A stretch of 64,000 bases of DNA from Candidatus Binatia bacterium. GTDB taxonomy: Bacteria; Desulfobacterota; Binatia; Bin18. Under the pieces are notes generated by a model. The model worked only from the letters and a program-made list of their open reading frames with translations. It was not told the DNA's origin and did not search any database. Location: assembly GCA_963664395.2 (NCBI GenBank), contig OY761159.2, forward strand, positions 2,464,001 through 2,528,000. Direction: 5' to 3'. Positions 31,093 through 40,768 of this stretch are shown here, piece by piece. Positions within the stretch are counted from its first letter, which is position 1. Every line of letters begins with the position of its first letter. The translations under genes were made by a program, and so were the position numbers.

Positions 31093-32280
31093 CTACGGCC
31101 CAGCACACAGCCCGGCCCGCGTCAGCCGTACTAACGTCTCCGTAATCAGACGCACCGCTTCTTCAAGGTCTGCGTCGGTCGTGCCAAAGCCGAGGCTGAA
31201 GCGGATTGAGGATTCCGCCTCCTCACCACTCAACCCGATAGCCCTCAGAACATGCGACGGCTCAGGGATACCCGAGGTGCAGGCAGAACCAGTCGAGGCC
31301 GCGAGGTGCGGCTGTAAAGCGCCGAGGATGTCATACGCCGAGAAATCGGTGAACCGGATATTTGCATTGCCGGGATGACGGGCCTGCCCTTGAGGGCCAT
31401 TCAAGGCTATCGGCCACGACAGACGGTTGAGCATGTCAACAAACGTATCGCGACGCCGGCATAACTGCGCCCGCTTCTCTTCCGCATCAGCAGCGGCAAA
31501 GATATCTGCCGCTGCACCCATCCCGACACAGAGCGGAACCGGGACCGTGCCCGAACGCAGCCCGTTCTGCTGCCCGCCACCATAGATCAACGGTTCGATT
31601 TGATCCTGAAATTCGCGTGAAATATAGATGGCTCCAATGCCTTTCGGGCCGTACATCTTGTGCGCCGAAAGGCTCAGCATATCGGCGTGGCTCGCCATTG
31701 ATCCCATATTCATGGCAAGGGGTGCCTGCGCTGCATCGCAATGAAAAACGGCTCCGTAACTTCTCACCAACTCGGATATTTGACCAATGTCTTGAATCGT
31801 CCCGATTTCGTTATTAACCGCCATAATCGATACGGCGAGAACATCATCGTTCAACGCTTCTTCCAGAGCCGCCATTTCCACAAAGCCCTCGGCGTCAACC
31901 GGGATCAGTTCCACCGCGAAACCGAACTGCTCTTGTAAAACTCTGGCAGCAGCCAGCACGCATTTGTGTTCGATAGTGCTAACCAGAATGCGGCGGCGCT
32001 TACCCCCGACGGCCCGGCGACCCAAGCCGAGCAGAGCCAAGTTGTTTGACTCGGTTGCTCCTGAAGTGAATATGATTTCATCGGCGTCCGCGCCGATCAG
32101 CCGCGCCACGCACGTGGCAGCTTCTTCCACGGCTTTTGCAGATTCCCAACCAAGGCTGTGATCCGACGAATGCGGATTGCCGAATAACTCCGCATAATAT
32201 GGAGTCATGGCAGCCACAACGCGCGCATTGACCGGCGTTGTGGCCTGATGGTCAAAATAGAGGGTTTTACCGATTTTCAT
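31093..32280 (-). CDS. sspA: Cysteine desulfurase (SspA/DndA-like sulfur donor)
   Basis: YFDHQATTP, FTSGATESNN, HCDAAQA, SAHKMYGPKG (PLP Lys), STGSACTS (catalytic Cys); divergent from the sspBCD-like operon. Confidence 0.9.
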   Translation of the reverse strand: MKIGKTLYFDHQATTPVNARVVAAMTPYYAELFGNPHSSDHSLGWESAKAVEEAATCVARLIGADADEIIFTSGATESNNLALLGLGRRAVGGKRRRILVSTIEHKCVLAAARVLQEQFGFAVELIPVDAEGFVEMAALEEALNDDVLAVSIMAVNNEIGTIQDIGQISELVRSYGAVFHCDAAQAPLAMNMGSMASHADMLSLSAHKMYGPKGIGAIYISREFQDQIEPLIYGGGQQNGLRSGTVPVPLCVGMGAAADIFAAADAEEKRAQLCRRRDTFVDMLNRLSWPIALNGPQGQARHPGNANIRFTDFSAYDILGALQPHLAASTGSACTSGIPEPSHVLRAIGLSGEEAESSIRFSLGFGTTDADLEEAVRLITETLVRLTRAGLCAGP

Positions 32281-32373
32281 TGTTCCTGGGCGGATGCTCC
32301 CTTGAGACTACCATAGGGTATAGGATATGAGCTACACACGACCCGGAGGCTCCATCCGGCAACTAGAGGCTAC

Positions 32374-33345
32374 ATGGCACGCGGACCACTTTTTCAAGAC
32401 GGCTACAAGCCGCAATTTTCGGGACACGAAACCTTTCCGCTCCGCTATGGATGGCTGAAGAAAGTATTCGACCGCGTCGCTGAAACCGAGAACGAGCCCG
32501 ATAACAGAAACGCCTGTTGGGACGATGGGGCTATTGCACGCTTCGGCGTTGGCAAAAACATGGTGGCCTCCATGCGCCATTGGGCAAAAATGAGCGGAAT
32601 CATTGAGGAGCCAACCGGTACAAGCACCGTTTGCCCGACAGAACTTGGCCGTATGCTTTTCGGGCCGGACGGGCTTGACCCGTATATGGAGCACCCCGCC
32701 ACGCTCTGGTTGATCCATTGGCTGTTGGTGGCACAGCCCGAAAAAACAACCTGGTTCTGGACCTTCAGCCACTCCCCCGCTATGACCTTTGACCGGGACG
32801 GCCTTGTCAGGAAACTCGAACGCCTCGCCCAAGACCGCTTCCAGGACAAAGCTTGGCCGCGTATAGCAGGTCATACAATCAAAAACGATGTTGCCTGCTT
32901 TATTCGGACCTATGTCGCCCGGCAGACGACGGGAAAGATGAGACACGATGACGTGCTTGAATCGCCCCTGACCGAGTTGGGGCTCATCAAGTCTATCGGC
33001 AAACAAGACGGATTTAGTTTTGTGCGTGGTCCGAAGGCCACGTTGGGCGATGGTGTATTTGTCTATGCGCTCATCGACTTTTGGACGCGCTATTTCTCCA
33101 ACGCAGCCACGTTGTCGTTTGAGGCCGTTGCCTACGCGCCCGGTGGGCCGGGCCGGGTCTTTCTGTTTGACGAGAACGATGTCGCCGACCGTCTTGCCGC
33201 GCTTGACGAGGTGACGCGCGGCAAGCTCAGATGGTCCGAGACAGCCGGGCTGAAGCAAGTGGTGCGCACTATCGATATTGGTGAAGAAAACCCGCTGTCC
33301 TATGTGTCGAGCGACTACCGCGAGCGTGGTAGGAAGGCGGCTTGA
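32374..33345 (+). CDS. sspB: DUF4007 family protein (SspB-like)
   Basis: FSGHETFPLRYGWLKK, FGVGKNMVASMRHW, DPYME...TLWLIHW, ESPLTELGLI, PGRVF. Confidence 0.88.
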   Translation: MARGPLFQDGYKPQFSGHETFPLRYGWLKKVFDRVAETENEPDNRNACWDDGAIARFGVGKNMVASMRHWAKMSGIIEEPTGTSTVCPTELGRMLFGPDGLDPYMEHPATLWLIHWLLVAQPEKTTWFWTFSHSPAMTFDRDGLVRKLERLAQDRFQDKAWPRIAGHTIKNDVACFIRTYVARQTTGKMRHDDVLESPLTELGLIKSIGKQDGFSFVRGPKATLGDGVFVYALIDFWTRYFSNAATLSFEAVAYAPGGPGRVFLFDENDVADRLAALDEVTRGKLRWSETAGLKQVVRTIDIGEENPLSYVSSDYRERGRKAA

Positions 33346-36300
33346 TGGCACTACACGAACGGGTCCGCATAGAGCGTCGCTTTCTGAGATCGATTCGCAT
33401 TGACGACGATCTAGGTGAATCCGCCGCGCTCGAAGGATTTGTCTGCCCCCAATCGTCTGCTGATGTCCTCATGACAATGGCGCGTCATGTCTCTGAAACG
33501 GGACACGGCGCATTCACGTGGACCGGTCCGTACGGAAGCGGGAAGTCAAGTCTTGTTGTTGCACTAAGCGCCTTGCTGAACGGCAATACGGGCCTGCAAA
33601 GTGAGGCGACTCAGGTCTTCGGGCAGAGTCTGACCAATACGATTTGGAACGCCTTACCGACCGGTCACAAAGGATGGCGCGTCATCCCGGTTGTTGGCAG
33701 ACGTGACCATCCTGTCAGCGTCATTGGGGAAGCCGTTCAGAGCGCAGGGCTCGTACCGCGCCGGCCTCGCGGCGGCTGGACCGAGAGCAAGCTGATCGCC
33801 ACACTGACAGCCGCGTCTGCCGAAAACCCCGAGACCCACGGCGGACTGATTCTGTTCATTGATGAGATGGGCAAATTTCTTGAAGCCGCCGCGCGGGACA
33901 GCTCCGATATCTATATTCTTCAGCAACTTGCAGAGGCAGCCTCACGAAGCAACGGGCGTTTCCTTATTGTCGGAGTGTTGCATCAGGCATTTGAGGAATA
34001 CGCCCACCGGCTTTCGCGCGAGATGCGCGACGAGTGGGCCAAGATTCAGGGGCGTTTCATTGACCTTGTTGTAGACGCTGCCGGCGAAGAGCAGATCGAC
34101 CTGATTTCCCGTGCGATTGAGAGTGACCATCATCCGAAAGAACCGAGCGAGTCGGCGTCCACGGTTGCCGCGATTGCGCGCCGCGAGCGCCCGAGTGAGG
34201 CTGAACGGTTTGCCTCCATATTGGCAGCGTGCTGGCCGTTGCATCCGGTTGTGGCCTGCCTGCTCGGTCCGATATCGCGCCGGCGTTTTGGTCAGAATCA
34301 ACGCAGTATCTTCGGCTTTCTGAATTCATCCGAGCCTCACGGTTTTCAGGACTTTCTCAAACACGCTGGGGATAGCGAGCGGTACGGCCCGGATCGTCTC
34401 TGGGATTATCTGCGCGCCAATCTGGAGCCATCCATTCTGGCTTCGCCCGACGGACACCGCTGGGCTTCAGCGGTGGAGGCGCTTGAACGTTGCGAATCCA
34501 CGTGTGGAGATGACCTCCATAGCAAGCTGCTCAAGACGATCAGTGTCATCGATCTATTTAAGGAGCGCTCAGGGCTGGTTGCGAGCTTCGAGCTGCTACG
34601 GAGTTGCTTTCCCGACACTTCAATCGAAGCACTTCAACAAGCCTTGTCCCAACTCGATACCTGGTCGTTCACAATTTTCAGAAAGTTTCTTGGCGCATAC
34701 GCTATTTTTGCCGGAAGCGATTTCGATATTGACCGCGCCGTTCGGACAGCGCTTGACGATATCGACACAATCGATTTTCCGGTTCTGAAATCCCTCGCTG
34801 GATTGCAGCCGATTCTCGCCAAGCGCCACTATCACGAGACGGGCACGCTACGCTGGTTCGATGTGGATATCTTCCCGCTCAGCAATCTTGTTGAATTTAC
34901 TTCTCGCTCCGAACCTAAAAACGGTGCAATCGGTCAATTCTTACTCGCAATAGCGACCGAAGGAGAAGACGAGGAACAGGCAAAAGATTTATGCCGTAAG
35001 GCAGCATGCCACGGCAACGCCTGGGATATCATTGTCGGTACTTCGAGCAGCTCTCAGGCCGTGGTGCCGCTGGCGCGGGAGCTGCTTGCGCTGGAAAGGG
35101 TCAGCAACGACCATCCCGAGCTGGCGGGTGATCCTGTGGCAAGGCGGGAAGTTGATGCCCGGCTTGCGGATATGCAGGCCCTTCTTGAAACGGAATTGCA
35201 CAAGGCGTTCGATAATGCGTTATGGTTCCGCGAGCATTATCAGCCTACACCCTTACGGCAGGCTGAATTGAACACTCTGGCTTCCGAACTGGCCGATAGA
35301 CGCTTCAGCCAATGTCCTCGACTGTATAACGAACTACTCAATCGACACAAACCGTCAACGAGTGCTATTACGGCACAGAATCACCTGTTACGGCGCATGG
35401 TCCAGAATGAAGGCGAGCCGCGGCTTGGCATTGAGGAGTTCCCCGCCGAGGGTGGGTTGTTCGTGTCCGTTCTTGAATCAAGTGGACTCTACGCACCGGA
35501 AGATAAGGGTTGGCGTTTCGTTTCACCAATGGAGACGCTTGATGATCCGTGCTTCCTTGCTCCTATGTGGGAAGCGGCGCTCGCGCATGTGAAAGCGCAT
35601 GCTAGGCGTACCGTTGCCGTCTCTGAACTGTTCGACCTGTGGCGCAAACCCCCGTTCGGTCTCAAGGATGGGCTCATGCCGATTCTTGCCGTCGCCTTCG
35701 TGTTGTCTTACCGTAACAAACTGGCGGTCTATCGGGGCGGTATTTTTAGAGCGCGATTTGACGATGTGGATGTCGAGTATCTGGCAAAGAATGCGACCAC
35801 CATACAGTTGCGCTGGATGGACCTGTCGGAGGGTTCCCGTAATTTGCTTTCCGGCATGGCGCAGGTCGTCCGCGATCTTGACGGCGCAAACACCCTTATT
35901 CATCTGGAGCCTATTGATGTTGGTCGCGGCCTGGTGGCGATCTACGATCAACTGCCGCAATGGACCACGCGAACGATGCACCTATCTGCGAACGCTGTGC
36001 GTGTCCGGGATATTTTCAAACGTGCGTACGATCCCAATGCGTTTCTGTTTGAAGACATCCCAGGAACGCTCGGTGAAGACGTAGCGCTGGCCACTAACCG
36101 GGATGTGCACCGGATCATAGCAAGCGTCCGAGAGGGGCTAGAAGAATTAGTCCGTGCCTATCCTGAAATGCTCAACCGCCTGCGCGATAGCATGCTTTCG
36201 GAATTGCAGGTCCCGAATGCCTCGCCGCAATCGCTGGCGGAATTACGAGACCGTGCAGAAAACATCAGGCAGCTTGCCGGCGACTTCAGGCTCGAAGCCT

Positions 36301-36725
36301 TTGTTGGCAGGCTCTCGCAGTTCGACGGTAGCGACGAGAGCTTTGAAGGGATAGCAAGTCTCGCGGCGAACAAGCCGCCCCGCGATTGGGTTGATCCCGA
36401 TCTCGATCAAGCCGCCATTGAGCTGGCTGATATGGCGCAGAAATTCCTCCGCGCCGAAACATTCGCGCGTGTGAAGGGCCGACCGAACAAACGGCACGCT
36501 ATGGCGGTCGTTGTCGGGACGGACAGAAATCCACGCCCGTTGCTAGAGGAATTTACTATCGCTGACGCTGACCGTGCTAGTATTAACGATCTTATCAACC
36601 GCCTTTCAGCAATCCTTGAAGAGGCAGACGATAGCATCATCTTGGCGGCGCTGGCGGAACTCAGCATACGCTACATGCAGAAGTCGCCTCCGCAACTGAA
36701 GGGGAAAGAGAGGGCCGCATCTTGA
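33342..36725 (+). CDS. sspC: Large P-loop ATPase (SspC-like)
   Basis: Walker A GPYGSGKS, Walker B LILFIDEMGK, EWAKIQGRF, FGQNQRSIF, PPFGLKDG; coupled to flanking genes. Confidence 0.85.
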   Translation: MMALHERVRIERRFLRSIRIDDDLGESAALEGFVCPQSSADVLMTMARHVSETGHGAFTWTGPYGSGKSSLVVALSALLNGNTGLQSEATQVFGQSLTNTIWNALPTGHKGWRVIPVVGRRDHPVSVIGEAVQSAGLVPRRPRGGWTESKLIATLTAASAENPETHGGLILFIDEMGKFLEAAARDSSDIYILQQLAEAASRSNGRFLIVGVLHQAFEEYAHRLSREMRDEWAKIQGRFIDLVVDAAGEEQIDLISRAIESDHHPKEPSESASTVAAIARRERPSEAERFASILAACWPLHPVVACLLGPISRRRFGQNQRSIFGFLNSSEPHGFQDFLKHAGDSERYGPDRLWDYLRANLEPSILASPDGHRWASAVEALERCESTCGDDLHSKLLKTISVIDLFKERSGLVASFELLRSCFPDTSIEALQQALSQLDTWSFTIFRKFLGAYAIFAGSDFDIDRAVRTALDDIDTIDFPVLKSLAGLQPILAKRHYHETGTLRWFDVDIFPLSNLVEFTSRSEPKNGAIGQFLLAIATEGEDEEQAKDLCRKAACHGNAWDIIVGTSSSSQAVVPLARELLALERVSNDHPELAGDPVARREVDARLADMQALLETELHKAFDNALWFREHYQPTPLRQAELNTLASELADRRFSQCPRLYNELLNRHKPSTSAITAQNHLLRRMVQNEGEPRLGIEEFPAEGGLFVSVLESSGLYAPEDKGWRFVSPMETLDDPCFLAPMWEAALAHVKAHARRTVAVSELFDLWRKPPFGLKDGLMPILAVAFVLSYRNKLAVYRGGIFRARFDDVDVEYLAKNATTIQLRWMDLSEGSRNLLSGMAQVVRDLDGANTLIHLEPIDVGRGLVAIYDQLPQWTTRTMHLSANAVRVRDIFKRAYDPNAFLFEDIPGTLGEDVALATNRDVHRIIASVREGLEELVRAYPEMLNRLRDSMLSELQVPNASPQSLAELRDRAENIRQLAGDFRLEAFVGRLSQFDGSDESFEGIASLAANKPPRDWVDPDLDQAAIELADMAQKFLRAETFARVKGRPNKRHAMAVVVGTDRNPRPLLEEFTIADADRASINDLINRLSAILEEADDSIILAALAELSIRYMQKSPPQLKGKERAAS

Positions 36726-37561
36726 CCACTGATATGGAACGGCACGTACTCGGTCTTTCCGGCGGGCGTGACAGTGCGGCACTGGCTGTCTACATGCGGC
36801 AGCAGCATCCCGCGCTCGACATTCAGTATTTCTTTACGGACACGGGCAAGGAGCTGCCCGAGGTATACGAATTTCTTGGGCGGCTGGAAGGTTTTCTCGG
36901 ACAGCCCATATTACGGCTGAATCCTGACCGGGATTTTGATTTCTGGCTGAAGCAGTACAACGACTTTCTGCCCTCTCCGCAAACCCGTTGGTGTACCCGG
37001 CAACTCAAGCTGCGTCCGTTTGAGCAGTGGTTACGTCCAATGCTGCAAGCCGGCGAGACGATCTACAGCTACGTAGCGATCCGTAGCGATGAAGAATACC
37101 GGGAGGGGTATTCGTCCAAGAATGACAAGCTCATCGTTAAACTACCCTTCAAGGAAGCGGGTATCGACAAGCCCGGCGTTCTGGAAATTCTTGATGGTGC
37201 CGGGCTGGGCTTGCCGAAGTACTACTCATGGCGTACCCGTAGCGGCTGCACGTTTTGCTTTTTTCAGCAGAAGATCGAATGGGTGCGACTCAAGGAGCAG
37301 CACCCCGACGCTTTTGAGGAAGCCAAAGCCTACGAAAAGACTGCCGTTAAAAACGGCTCGCCTTTCACCTGGAGCCAAGGCGAGTCATTGGAAGAGTTGG
37401 AACGACCGGAACGCATAGCCCAGATCATGCAAGATCACGAACGACGCCTTGCGCGTAAACGCTCCAAGGTCCAGCCAAATCCATTAAGGCCGGACGGCGA
37501 GCCGTTGGATATAGATGATCTGTACGGCAAGGCAAAGGTGTGTTTGGCGTGTCATAAGTAA
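36722..37561 (+). CDS. sspD: PAPS-reductase-family protein (SspD-like)
   Basis: PP-loop LSGGRDS, DTGKELPE, RWCTRQLK, RSGCTFCF, C-terminal CLACHK. Confidence 0.88.
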   Translation: MTTDMERHVLGLSGGRDSAALAVYMRQQHPALDIQYFFTDTGKELPEVYEFLGRLEGFLGQPILRLNPDRDFDFWLKQYNDFLPSPQTRWCTRQLKLRPFEQWLRPMLQAGETIYSYVAIRSDEEYREGYSSKNDKLIVKLPFKEAGIDKPGVLEILDGAGLGLPKYYSWRTRSGCTFCFFQQKIEWVRLKEQHPDAFEEAKAYEKTAVKNGSPFTWSQGESLEELERPERIAQIMQDHERRLARKRSKVQPNPLRPDGEPLDIDDLYGKAKVCLACHK

Positions 37562-37629
37562 TGAGTGGTCAGATAGTGCTAGACAACACCCATAGAATCA
37601 ACAGGGACAGCACCTTGTATGGTCCCCCA

Positions 37630-37820
37630 CTCCCCCTCGGACGCAGTCTGCCACTCCGGTACCCCTGCCGAATCCTCCTATGTCCTGCGCGCTGTCGGCC
37701 TCGGCCATGAAAATGCCTACGCGACCCCACGCATCGCCGCCGGCCGCACCACCGCTCACGCTGAGGCGGAACATGCTACGCGCCGTATCGAAGAAACCGT
37801 AGGCGTATTGCGAAAGTTAT
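37630..37820 (+). pseudogene. Decayed C-terminal remnant of a second cysteine desulfurase
   Basis: SDAVCHSGTPAESSYVLRAVGLGHENAYATPRIAAGRTT...EETVGVLR resembles IscS-type SGSAC..G..EPSYVLRA.G......SIRFS.GR.T. Confidence 0.6.
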
Positions 37821-37850
37821 GGGCGCAAACAAGTTTTGGATCTGTGAGCG

Positions 37851-38141
37851 ATGTTTGTTGATAAAGAAGCCGAAGTCCTAAAAGTCGATACGGAGGCGAT
37901 AAAAATACGACTCTTGGGGGAACCCTACGTCGTTTACAATTCGTTTGGATATCAGGCGGTGGTCGATATTTGGCACATCAAGAAAAGACGGCAGTTTCGG
38001 TTGTATCTGTCTGCGAAGTCGCTGTCGTCACAGCTAGAGAAGATAAGGAATGCAAATGCGCTAGACTATTTTACAGGTATAGAATTTTGGATTAGTAAGG
38101 CATCTAATGAGCGGTCTTCAGCCTACGCACTGTCGGAGTAA
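37851..38141 (+). CDS. Hypothetical protein (96 aa), first gene of the AT-rich module
   Basis: Intact ORF, co-oriented with and overlapping the GIY-YIG ORF. Confidence 0.6.
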   Translation: MFVDKEAEVLKVDTEAIKIRLLGEPYVVYNSFGYQAVVDIWHIKKRRQFRLYLSAKSLSSQLEKIRNANALDYFTGIEFWISKASNERSSAYALSE

Positions 38142-38595
38142 AAACGTGCTGTTTCCAAATACATTCTCCGCGGAAATTCGAAAGTACGGAAAAAGGTTCA
38201 CCCTGCGAAATATCTTATCGACTGCACAAAACGCGCTAGGCGTCTACATATTTCATCACAACCATAATTTCATTTATGTAGGGCAATCCATAAGAGTTAA
38301 AGACCGTCTTGTACGTCACTACAATGAATCTCACAATGAGGAATTAGCCACCTGGATCAAAGCGCTTGATGGTAATATAAAATTTACTATATTCTATAAT
38401 ACCCAAATTGACGACCTGGAGAGATCACTTATTTTTTATCTACAGCCCATAACGAACAGAGAACGATATCCAGGCTACATACCGAAACGCACCAAATGGA
38501 GGAAGACCCATGCCCAGTGTACATCCAGCAATGAGGGGAAAGTTTGGCTCCACCGAGTACTTCATGTTGACAATGAAGGCTGGGGATGTCGCTAA
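38107..38595 (+). CDS. GIY-YIG nuclease family protein
   Basis: GVYIF...IYVGQS...RLVRHY...LERSLIFYLQPITN signature; start may be GTG at 38146. Confidence 0.78.
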   Translation: MSGLQPTHCRSKNVLFPNTFSAEIRKYGKRFTLRNILSTAQNALGVYIFHHNHNFIYVGQSIRVKDRLVRHYNESHNEELATWIKALDGNIKFTIFYNTQIDDLERSLIFYLQPITNRERYPGYIPKRTKWRKTHAQCTSSNEGKVWLHRVLHVDNEGWGCR

Positions 38596-39781
38596 TCAAC
38601 TTGTAATTCCAAAGGATATGCCTGATTGGGGAGAACTCGAACTCGAAGAGCGTTTTCAGAGAGAGATCAACTACAATCGAGTGAGAAAACAGATTGCACC
38701 TTATCTTGCTAACGATCCGGATCGATTCTTCGGAGCGCTGATTATTGCAGTAATCAACCCGGAATCGATGGAGTTCGAGGCCATGGATAACGTATCTAGT
38801 AAGATACCCAAGCTCTATCAGACTGCGTCCAAATCGTTTGGTTTCCTGACGCTATCTGGCGGCGAAATGTTGGTTCCACTAGATGGGCAACATCGGCTCG
38901 CTGCGATTAAATTCGCGCTTTCTGGAAAAGATGAAAAACAAAAACCGATCCAAGAAATCAATCCAAATACTGAACTTGCCAACGACGACGTACTCCTAAT
39001 AATGGTCAGGCATGATCCTGAGAAAGACAGGAGGATATTTAATAAGGTTAATAGATATGCAAAGGCCACAACCAAAGCCGAAAATCTGATCACTTCTGAC
39101 GATGATATTATCGCAATTATTTCAAGAGAGATAATTGCGAATGAACTAATCGGAAGCCGTCTTGTCAACTACCGGAGCAATACATTACCGGATTCCGTTC
39201 ACTATTTTACAACTTTATCAACGATATACGATGCAACGAAACATGTACTTGAAGAGCATTTCGGAAAGATCAACGATCAGGTATTACCAGACAATGCAAA
39301 CAAAAAAATGTACGAAAACGTAGCGAGAGAATATTGGGATCGCCCGTTAAGAGGTGTGACTATTTATAACGCTGCTCTATCAGATAACACCGAAGGTGGA
39401 GATGAAAAGCGAATAGAGATAAGAAAAAGTTTGCTCCTAGGGAAGCCAATATCTCAATTATCGTTGATGCTGGCGATCATAAGACTGAAAAATGTAGAAC
39501 AACCTGATGGATCAAGATTATCTTGGGAGATCATCCTAGACCGCATCAATAAAGTGAATTGGGAAATTGATAATCCAATGTGGCAAAGGATTCTGATGAA
39601 CGGGGCTAGAATCGTTAACGGGAAGCAAGCTGCTGCCTTTGCTTCCCGATTTATTGCCTACTATATCGGAGAGCCTTTGGAGGAGACAGAATTGGATAAT
39701 TTGAAAGATGTTTTTGCCAGCCATTTCTCTGAAGCCGAACGTATGAGTATCGGCCTTCCAGACAGACTGTTCAATCCCTGA
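38510..39781 (+). CDS. DGQHR-domain (DndB/ParB-like) protein
   Basis: FQREINYNRV, RFFGALIIA, LDGQHRLAAI, RIFNKVNRYAK. Confidence 0.88.
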   Translation: MPSVHPAMRGKFGSTEYFMLTMKAGDVANQLVIPKDMPDWGELELEERFQREINYNRVRKQIAPYLANDPDRFFGALIIAVINPESMEFEAMDNVSSKIPKLYQTASKSFGFLTLSGGEMLVPLDGQHRLAAIKFALSGKDEKQKPIQEINPNTELANDDVLLIMVRHDPEKDRRIFNKVNRYAKATTKAENLITSDDDIIAIISREIIANELIGSRLVNYRSNTLPDSVHYFTTLSTIYDATKHVLEEHFGKINDQVLPDNANKKMYENVAREYWDRPLRGVTIYNAALSDNTEGGDEKRIEIRKSLLLGKPISQLSLMLAIIRLKNVEQPDGSRLSWEIILDRINKVNWEIDNPMWQRILMNGARIVNGKQAAAFASRFIAYYIGEPLEETELDNLKDVFASHFSEAERMSIGLPDRLFNP

Positions 39782-40085
39782 TTGCTCTGTGAAATTTGAT
39801 CTTCCAGTATTTGAAATCGTCGGATTTCTTGGGTTCCGACCTTAAACGATAGAAGGGAATGTGCGGTCTGTCACGACGATTGGGCTTCGCGACAATAGCG
39901 AAATATCCACTGAATGTTTCCCTCAACGCGGGAGTGTATCGTACACGCCCGTCCGTGATAGCGCCGGACTCCACGAGGTCAATCACTGCCAATAGCAGGC
40001 AAGGTTTATGAGGACTCTCTCCGCCATGAGTTGCGTCGACGTTGAGATTGGCGAACATCCATAGATATTCTTGTAAATCAGGCAT
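39771..40085 (-). pseudogene. Truncated sulfur-binding domain (SBD) of a PT-dependent HNH restriction endonuclease
   Basis: SPHKPCLLLAVIDL...PHIPFYRLRSE resembles ScoMcrA-type SBDs; no HNH domain follows. Confidence 0.65.
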
Positions 40086-40250
40086 TGCTCACTACCGATT
40101 CCGCCTGAGAATGGAGGAGAGCCTAGCAGAAGATGCTTTGACATGCCACGTATTCTCGTACTGATGGAAACAAACGGCACTTCACCAGATGCTGAACAAT
40201 CACACATCTAGGGCGTTTCACGATAGACTCTCGCCGTGCAGGGGGCTCCC

Positions 40251-40326
40251 GTCATGCCGGACGTGATCCGGCATCCAGCGGGCGGCTGGGGCTGGGGGTC
40301 TGGATTCCTGCTTCCGCAGGAATGAC
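40251..40326. repeat. Pair of CGTC-type REP palindromes
   Basis: gtcatgccggacgtgatccggcatccag and ctggattcctgcttccgcaggaatgac; reverse-complement relatives of 796-867. Confidence 0.75.
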
Positions 40327-40354
40327 GGGCAGCTACACAGAATCGTAATGTGCT

Positions 40355-40648
40355 CTAGGCTTGGCGGAGTTCAAGCTCCAGGCGCATCCCGACAGCGGCT
40401 GCGGCGCGTTTCAACGTATGCAGCGTCACGCCTTCGTTCTCCGGGTCGGGCAACCGGTCGAGCTGAGAGCGACTGGTTGCCATGCGCTCGGCCATCCGTG
40501 CCTTGGAGAGGTTTTGCGTCTTCATCGCCGCCTCCAGCTTGTAGGCAAGCACGGACTTGATCGCCTGGTTCTTCGCGTCTTCATAGGTGCCGTCTTCCCG
40601 GAGTAAGCTTTCAAGCGTTGAGCCGAGATACGGGTTTTTCTTAGCCAT
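40355..40648 (-). CDS. XRE/HTH antitoxin-like regulator
   Basis: NPYLGSTLESLL...AIKSVLA...SKARMAERMATSRSQLDRL.DPEN..VTLHTL.RAA.AVG pattern. Confidence 0.8.
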   Translation of the reverse strand: MAKKNPYLGSTLESLLREDGTYEDAKNQAIKSVLAYKLEAAMKTQNLSKARMAERMATSRSQLDRLPDPENEGVTLHTLKRAAAAVGMRLELELRQA

Positions 40649-40768
40649 GTCGATCGTGCTCCTTATCAAGCTGTGGTTGGCAGAACGCCTCGAACAAGCG
40701 GCCCCACAAGGCCAGCTAGTCAGACGGCTATTTTTGCGCACAGGATAAGGCTGCATGGACATCCGCCG

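Noticed and set aside
32374-37561. BREX type 4 assignment
   Set aside because: No PglZ or BrxL; the linked cysteine desulfurase and PT-related neighbours fit Ssp better.
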